A stretch of DNA of 64,000 bases, taken from the human T2T-CHM13v2.0 reference genome, Homo sapiens. The translations under genes and the position numbers were made by a program. Below, piece by piece: positions 55,498 to 64,000 of this stretch. Each line of letters starts with the position of its first letter. The stretch's first letter is position 1. The stretch lies in the NCBI RefSeq assembly GCF_009914755.1, contig NC_060926.1; one strand, given 5' to 3'. The notes beneath the pieces are model-generated. The model saw only the letters and a list, made by a program, of their open reading frames with translations. It searched no databases and was not told the DNA's origin.

Positions 55498-56119
55498 GTT
55501 AATCCTCTTCTTGGTATAATTAAGGCAGCTTGTAGAGTAAAAATAAATCATTAGCAGCCATTTCATTTTGTTTAGGTACCAAGGCTATGCCACCCAAAAA
55601 GTTAATTGAAAATTACTAACCCAACTCCAGGACATAACTAGTACTTTGCAATCTACACCTTCTATCAGTGTGTGCTTTGTTAAATAAAACTCTTGGCGGG
55701 GAGAGTCTGGCTAGGATTCTATTCCCAAATTCATTTCTTCCTGTGTACCCTCAGTAATAACACTTCCCACCTACTTACCTCACAAGAGTGTTAATCAAAG
55801 GAATTTGAAAGCCATCTGAGCAAACTTTGTTGACTGAAATGGACACATAAGTATTGTATCAAAGCATTGTGTCATCAATCCTATAGCCTTTACTTAGAGA
55901 TATTAACAAGAATATCATACTCCGACTTGACCTTTCCTCCCAGTCATACCTTTTATTGATCCTGAATTTTCAACAATGATGCTCATTTGCATCAGCAAAT
56001 TGAGTTTCTTTCCTCCACCACCCACCTCACTCTTCAGGGGCTTTCGAGCTATGTCCTCCCTGCCAAGGCTTCACCACACCTACATGTCCAGACCTATCCT
56101 CCCAGAAACGAGATGGAGG

Positions 56120-56380
56120 GTCTGTGTAGAGTAGCAGCAAAATGTGGGGGCTATCTGGGACCAGACTACCTGGGTCCCAATCTCTGCACCATCTCTTGTT
56201 AGCAGTGTGGCCTTACACAAGTAACTAAAGCACCCTGCATCTAGTCTTCTCATCTGTAAAATGGGAATAAGAATTGTACCTCCTTCATAAGGTTGTTGTG
56301 AGAATAAGTGGATTCAAACCTGTGAAGGGCTTGGAACAGACACTGGAACATGATATTCCATATATGTTCTCTGTTGTCAT
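56120..56380 (+). mobile_element. MIR nested in an L2 fragment (~55920-56600)
   Basis: ccagactacctgggtcccaatc...ctcatctgtaaaatgggaataa...ggttgttgtgag. Confidence 0.8.
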
Positions 56381-56839
56381 TACAACTGGATGGCTCCATC
56401 TAGATGCATCCCGGATCCTGCAAACCCAAGACGTCTGTAACTAAATTCATTACCAGCCCCTCTAAACCTGTTCCAACTCTTGGTTCCTTTCTCAGTTAAC
56501 AGCATCCATGTCAACCCAGTTGTCCAAACTGGAAACCTGAAAGGAATCCTTAACTCCCCATTTACTTTTCGTATATCCAATTAGCCACCAAATCCTCCCT
56601 CCCAGTGACAGCACTCTGTACCTACTCTCCCCTCCCAGCACTCACACGCCCCTGACCTCTTGGGCTGGGACAAGACTGCAGCGAGGACTGATGCTCATGG
56701 CCTGGGCGGAGGATGTGCAGAAAAGTGCGCGGGCTCTTGAGCCAGCGCAGATGTGGCTCTTCCACCGTCACCGCCCCAGAGGCCTCCTCATGGGCCTCCA
56801 GCCTCCCACCTCCAGCAGATTCTTCCTGAAGCATAACAA

Positions 56840-57060
56840 TAGGTATGGCTTTTATCATGCCTACTGCATACCAGACACCATGCTAAGCAGTTTTCACATC
56901 AAATCTCACCGAATCTTTTCAACAACCCTACGAGGCAGGTACCATTAGGATTTCCATTTTACAGATTAAGAGGCTGAGCTACCAAAGGTCACGGTCAGTA
57001 AGTAGCAGTCAGGATTCAAACCTAGGAGGTCGGGATCAGAGCACATGGCCTTAACCACAG
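56840..57060 (-). mobile_element. MIR
   Basis: acaaccctacgaggcagg...ccattttacagat...caggattcaaacctagg. Confidence 0.8.
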
Positions 57061-57267
57061 CCTCCTGCCTCTTGCCTCTCAACAAACTGGGCCTGGCCAA
57101 AGGCTGAGTGCCAAGGGGTGGTGGAAGGAGAGGGCAGCAAGAATGGGGCCTGAGACTCAGGCCCTGCCCTCTGGAAATTCACACTAAAGGCAGGGAGATG
57201 AAATGTGTATGTACCTGAATAAAACCACCATCTGGCAGGGTAGCGTCCATCAGTTAAAGAACGAGTC

Positions 57268-57665
<398 letters not shown>

Positions 57666-58419
57666 TTAGGAAAGCTGGCTCTTATGGGCTGTGGAATAGA
57701 ATGTAAATAAGTGTAAATGGTCAGCAAGAGCTATCCTCATCAGGAGGATGCCAATGCAAAAATAGCAGGGAGGTGCGGGAGAGGTAGTCATTTTAGAAAG
57801 CTGGCTTCTGCCATTCTGCCAGCAAAAACCTAACTGTGCTAACAACGAGCATTTCTCCAAGGAGTGATCCACAGCACACCAAAGTCTTCACATGCCACAC
57901 ACCCCTACAAGAGGGACTGCTCACAACCTTTCCGTGTGTGCTTCAGGCATGATCATGGATATGAACAGCAATGCCGCACCTCCACGATCTGCAAGTCCCA
58001 GGAGATTTTAAAACAAAAGCCATCTCAGAGTTTCAGCAGTGGCTGACTTGCAGTACAGCAACATTTTTAAAGAGAAGAGGCTTTTTTTGTTCCTCTGTCC
58101 TCTTTCGTCCTCTTACTTGAAACACACACACACATACATATACACACACATGTGATGGCACTTCTTGATTCAATGAATTGGGAATATGATTTTTTTAGGA
58201 AGACAATTTTTTTAATACCAAATCATGTGGAGCTGATATAAATCAAAGATGTATCTGTGTGGGTCTTTCTCTGTTCATATATACAGCAAATACTGTCGAG
58301 GTTATACAGCGACCATGGCCTAAATAGCTGCAGTGGAAGATTTTGCAGATACTTCCCCAAAGCAAAATGTTATTGGAATCTATTCATTTTAATAAGAATT
58401 CTTCTGAGATCAAATATGC

Positions 58420-58600
58420 AACTTATCCAACTAACTAATTGTTGCCTTGGTCAAGTTAATTCACCTCTCTGAGACTTGGTTCTATCATCTATCAAATATA
58501 TTTAACAATGTGTACCTTATACCACACAGAGTTGCTGTAAGAATTCAATGTAACCACATGTGATAGTGTGATTCAAATGTGCAGTATGGCTATTATCATT
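58420..58600 (+). mobile_element. MIR (degenerate)
   Basis: ccttggtcaagttaattcacctctctgag...gttgctgtaagaattcaatg. Confidence 0.6.
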
Positions 58601-59017
58601 CACACCAAATAGATACAGCAGCATCAAAATGAGCTTGATACCATTCTATGTGGTGTTAGTGATGACCAAGGACTCAAAAGGAAGCATCTGTGGTTACATG
58701 CAATAAAGAGGTACTAGTGTTAGCAGGATTCCTATTTGAAATAACTTAGTATTTGCATTTTTGAGTTTAGCAGAAAGTCTCCATTTGAATTAATAAGGGT
58801 AGAAAATTTGAGAGCCCCAATTAGGTTCTGCATTTTTAAAATACATTCCATCAATGAACATCATGCAAAGCATGCTTTCCACTCCCAAGCAAATGAATTT
58901 CCATCTCCAGGGCCCATGGAAAATATAAAGTTTTGCCTGATACCATTTTCTTCCTGTAATTTAAAGACATTCATCTATACCATTTGCTTTATTATCCAGA
59001 TTTTAAAAACATATCTC

Positions 59018-59317
<300 letters not shown>

Positions 59318-59730
59318 TCTCTACAGCTGTTCTCATAACTTACACAGCCCCATTTTTCAAAACAGCTCTTGATGCGCTTATTATATTTTGACCTCCTCTC
59401 CAAAAGAAAGGAGACACATTTCAGTGAAAGCTTTAAGGTTTTTCTGCGGCAGTTCCCTCCTCCCCCTTCTCTGCTCTATTTTGGTATGGGTTACCTTTCA
59501 CAGTGTTCTAGAGAAACCTCTCTTCGTTTTCCAGCCTCAAGGTAACTGGATAAAAATGTAATTCATCATTGTATTGACTATATTTAGATATACAGAATTC
59601 TTGAAATATTTACAGTAAAGAAGGAAGATTTTTAAGTTAGTTGAGGATGCTGGGATGGAGGAAAAGGAATATTTTAAAGAGAAATTAATAAAAAAAAAAA
59701 CCTTACTTTAAAAAAAAACCAAACAAACAT

Positions 59731-59975
59731 GGTCTCTGTCACCCAGGCTGGAGTGCAATGGTGCCATTAAGGCTCACTGCAGCCTTAAACTTCTGGGGTC
59801 AAGCAATCCTCTCACCTCTGCCTCCCAAGTACTCGGACCACAGGCACATGCCACCATGTCTGGTGACAGGATCTCGTTGTTACCCAGGCTGGTCTTGAAC
59901 TCCTGGGCTCAAGTGATCCTCCTGCCTCAGTCTCCAAAAGCGCTGGGACTATAGGCATGAGCCACCGTGCCTGGT
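59731..59975 (-). mobile_element. AluJ lacking linker and tail
   Basis: Both arms are present but joined without the A-rich linker, and there is no poly(T). Confidence 0.88.
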
Positions 59976-60380
59976 TGATTTGCTCAACTTTGACAAATCT
60001 TTGTAGGTACCTGAAGAACATGTACATTCCATAGCTATATCCTGAATAAGTAAGTCGGGTACCTGTGAGGAGGGCACCATACACCTTCCTTTATTTCCCT
60101 CTGAATGAACCCCTGGCAAACTCTCCTCTACCTACCCACTGCCCTGAGAGGTTCAGGCACTACCTAGTCCCTTCCAAGATCCTCCTCTCCTTTTCGATGT
60201 TCTGTGCAGAAGCCCCATTCCTGCCCTTCTGTGCAACTTAATTTAGCATATATTGGTCACACTTCTGCCCTGTGCAAGCCCCATGTTAAGGAAGGTCTTA
60301 GTTGAAAGCACTAGACCAATGTGCAAGAGCAGGTCCTGAGTTATTCAAAACTGGAAACAACCCCCGTGTCCCCCCTACTT

Positions 60381-60422
<42 letters not shown>
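60381..60422. repeat. (TACA)n(CA)n microsatellite
   Basis: tacatacatacatacacacacaca... Confidence 0.93.
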
Positions 60423-60424
<2 letters not shown>

Positions 60425-60764
60425 CTAACAACCAAAACCTCCTTCAGTCAATCCTGCCCCTCCTGCCTTCAGTGGAGTGGGCAGCTGATGCAGGAAGGAG
60501 TTGACTTATGAAATGACAGAGTCCCTTCTAGTTTTCCTGAAATTACAAAATCTACCAGCAGAATAGGGCTCCCGCAGCACCACTTAGCTGGGCTGGACAA
60601 TGGGGATAGGGGAGGAGTCAGAGGCACTGTGGCAACCAGGTCACATCAGCATTCTTCAATAGGAAGACCATAAATATCAGTGGTTAAGCAGTTTTTCTGT
60701 TTCTTCAAGGCAGAGCCACAGCGGCGTTTCTTGTCTGTTTCTCTTTCTTAAGGAGCACTGGGTA

Positions 60765-60778
60765 GTGACATCTAGTGG
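60765..60778 (-). promoter_or_regulatory. CTCF core motif CCACTAGATGTCAC
   Basis: Reverse complement GACCACTAGATGTCACTA; one mismatch to the core consensus. Confidence 0.55.
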
Positions 60779-60801
60779 TCCCTATTTAAATTACTCTTGG
60801 A

Positions 60802-61534
60802 TGCAAATCAAAACCACAATGAGACACCATCTCACACCAGTCAGAATTGCTATTATTAAAAAGTCAAAAAATAACAGATGCTGGTGAGGTCGTGGCAAAA
60901 AAGAAATGCTTATAAACTGTTGGTGGGAATGCAAATTAGTTCAGCCCCTGTGGAAAGCACTTTGGAAATTTTGCAAAGAACTAAAAATAGAACTACCATT
61001 CAACCCAGCAGTTCCATTACTGGGTATCTACTCAAAGGAGAATGAATCTTTCTGCCATAAAGACACATGCATGTGTATGTTCATCGCAGTACTATTCACA
61101 GTAGCAAAGACATGGACTCAACCTACATGCCCATCAGTGGTGGATCAGACAAAGAAAACGTGGGACATATACATCAGGGAATACTAGGCAGTCATAAAAA
61201 GAACAAAATCAGGTTCTTTGCAGCAATGTGGATGCAGCAGGAGGCTGTCATCCTAAGAGAACTAATGCAGAAATGGAAAATCAAGAACTGAATGTTCTCA
61301 CTTATAAGTGAGAGCTAAAATTTGGGGTCACACAGACATAAAGATGGGAACAAGAGACAATGGAGACTTCAAAAGGAGGGAGTGAGGGGGGCGGAAAAAC
61401 TTCCTATTGGGTACTATGTTCATGATCTGGGTGAAGGGATCCATAGAAACACAAACCTCAGCACCACACAACCTCGTCCTTGGAACAAACCTGCACATGT
61501 ATTTCTAAATCTACAATAAAAATGGAAACATTTC
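60802..61534 (+). mobile_element. 5'-truncated primate L1 (L1PB/old L1PA-like): ORF2 C-terminus remnant and 3' UTR
   Basis: Translates to CWWECKLVQPLWK...PAVPLLGIY...CMFIA (ORF2p end); perfect 16-bp TSD ttaaattactcttgga (60786-60801, 61535-61550). Confidence 0.93.
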
Positions 61535-61619
61535 TTAAATTACTCTTGGACTACAGTGCCATGACAAAATAAATGAGAAACAGCTTTCAGGAAACTCAGA
61601 GTTAATTCTAAGTGCAAGT

Positions 61620-61830
61620 GCAACCACCACTGTGTCCCAGATTTCTGTCACAACCATTTCGGGCAAGTTACTTCCCCTTTCTGCACCTCCATTTCCTTAT
61701 TTGTAAATAGGGATAACAATGGAACCAAGTACATGGGCTATTTGGAGGACTGAAGGAGATAATATATGCAAAATGCTCAGAACGGTGCCTGGCACATAGT
61801 CAGCATTCAACAATGTTCGCTATCATTAGT
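61620..61830 (+). mobile_element. MIR
   Basis: gggcaagttactt...tttccttatttgtaaatagggataa...gtgcctggcacatagt. Confidence 0.8.
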
Positions 61831-62236
61831 ATTCTACTCCACCTGTCTTTGTCATACCATAAAAATCATTTTTTAAGTACTTAGTGAAAGTGCATCAATT
61901 TTTACCCATAATCTTCTAGTGCTATTGACACAGCCAGGAAGATATGCCTCATATACCATGTGGTCTTGCATATGCCCTCGACACCACTCTGCATGCCTTC
62001 AAAGGGCACAGCAACCTCACCATCAGAAGTTCAATGTCATCCAAGCCCATCAGTGGCCCACATTGCCCAGGATTTATGTTTGAGATCTGAATGTCTCAGG
62101 TGGGATGTGCTCTATTCAGCTTGCCACAGTCCATACTACTCCCTGTCACCTGGACTAAGCCACTTGTCTCACATTTGTTACCTGCTGGCCTCTGAAAACA
62201 CTTGAGTTTGAGTTTGATGCCCCCGTTCCATATCTC

Positions 62237-62548
62237 TCTTTTTTCTTTTCTTTCTTTTTTTTTTTTTTTCTTTGAGATGGAGTCTCACTCTGTTGTCCAG
62301 GCTGGAGTGCAGTGATGCAGTCTCGGCTCACTGAAACCTCCGCCTCCTGGGTTCAAGCGATTCATGCCTCAGCCTCCCAAGTAGCTGGGACTACAGGTGT
62401 GAGCCACCACATCTGGCTAATTTTTGTACTTTTTAGTAGGGTTTTGACATGGTGGCCAGGCGGGTTTCAAACTCCTGACCTCAAGTGATCCACCTGCCTT
62501 GGCCTCCCAAAGTGCTGGGATTACAGGCATGAGACACCACGCCTGGCC
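62237..62548 (-). mobile_element. AluS
   Basis: Poly(T) head; TSD atatctct. Confidence 0.93.
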
Positions 62549-62799
62549 CTATATCTCTTACTCTGGGATTGAAAGCCTTTCATTATCTGCCCTGGTAGTC
62601 ACGTTTCATTCATACGAACCCTACATACCAACCATCGTCATGGCAGCTGAATATTTAAGTTCCCACCAGTTTCTGGATCTTTCCTTAGCCAGCTCCTATC
62701 TATCTAGAATACCTCCTATCCTCTTTCCACCCCAATCCTGCCTCTCCTCCAAGGTCCACCTTCAATTACACGGCTACCTTAGAAACTTCCCATTGACTA

Positions 62800-62970
62800 G
62801 TAGAGCCTTAAGTAATCTTCCCTTTCTCAGTTGTGTCATCTATAAAGCAGGGCTAATAAGTACCTGTTTCAGAGGGTTGCTGGAGATGAGCAATAAGTTA
62901 GATGAGTTAATAAGTACTTTGTGCCGGCAAGTCACACCTGGTCTGTCAATAAGGCCTTACTGTTACCATT
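62800..62970 (+). mobile_element. MIR (degenerate)
   Basis: tctcagttgtgtcatctataaagcagggctaataagtacc. Confidence 0.55.
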
Positions 62971-63019
62971 TTATCCCTCTCCGCTGACAACTCTACCACC
63001 TATTGTATTTTTGTGTATG

Positions 63020-64000
<981 letters not shown>

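Noticed and set aside
60906-61187. ORF resembling a real protein
   Set aside because: It is the decayed C-terminus of L1 ORF2p in a truncated element, not a gene.

Overview
This is Alu-rich primate DNA, most likely human, with no bacterial features. The only coding sequence I can confidently identify is a 45-nt minus-strand exon (29583->29539) that the ORF track misses. It encodes MYDNLYLHGIEDSEA followed by a GTAAGT donor, which I recognise as the N-terminus of the beta4a isoform of CACNB4 (voltage-gated Ca2+ channel beta-4 subunit). The window therefore appears to lie inside the large CACNB4 intron upstream of the common GSADSYTSRPS exon and to contain the internal beta4a promoter. Around this exon is a ~26 kb Alu-poor domain. 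It holds a cluster of AP-1 sites, two candidate Met-Ala start exons (27416, 31605), an ATG|GTAAGT donor (31007), and an in-frame uORF plus acceptor set in the beta4a leader. Together these may form a richer N-terminal isoform switch than the beta4a exon alone. The rest is about 32 Alu pieces, MIR/L2/L1 fragments, MaLR/ERVL LTRs, MER5 elements and microsatellites, plus two strong CTCF motifs and a possible antisense spliced RNA at ~43 kb. The listed ORFs of 60 aa or more look spurious or repeat-derived. Repeat subfamily names and old-repeat boundaries are by eye and approximate.
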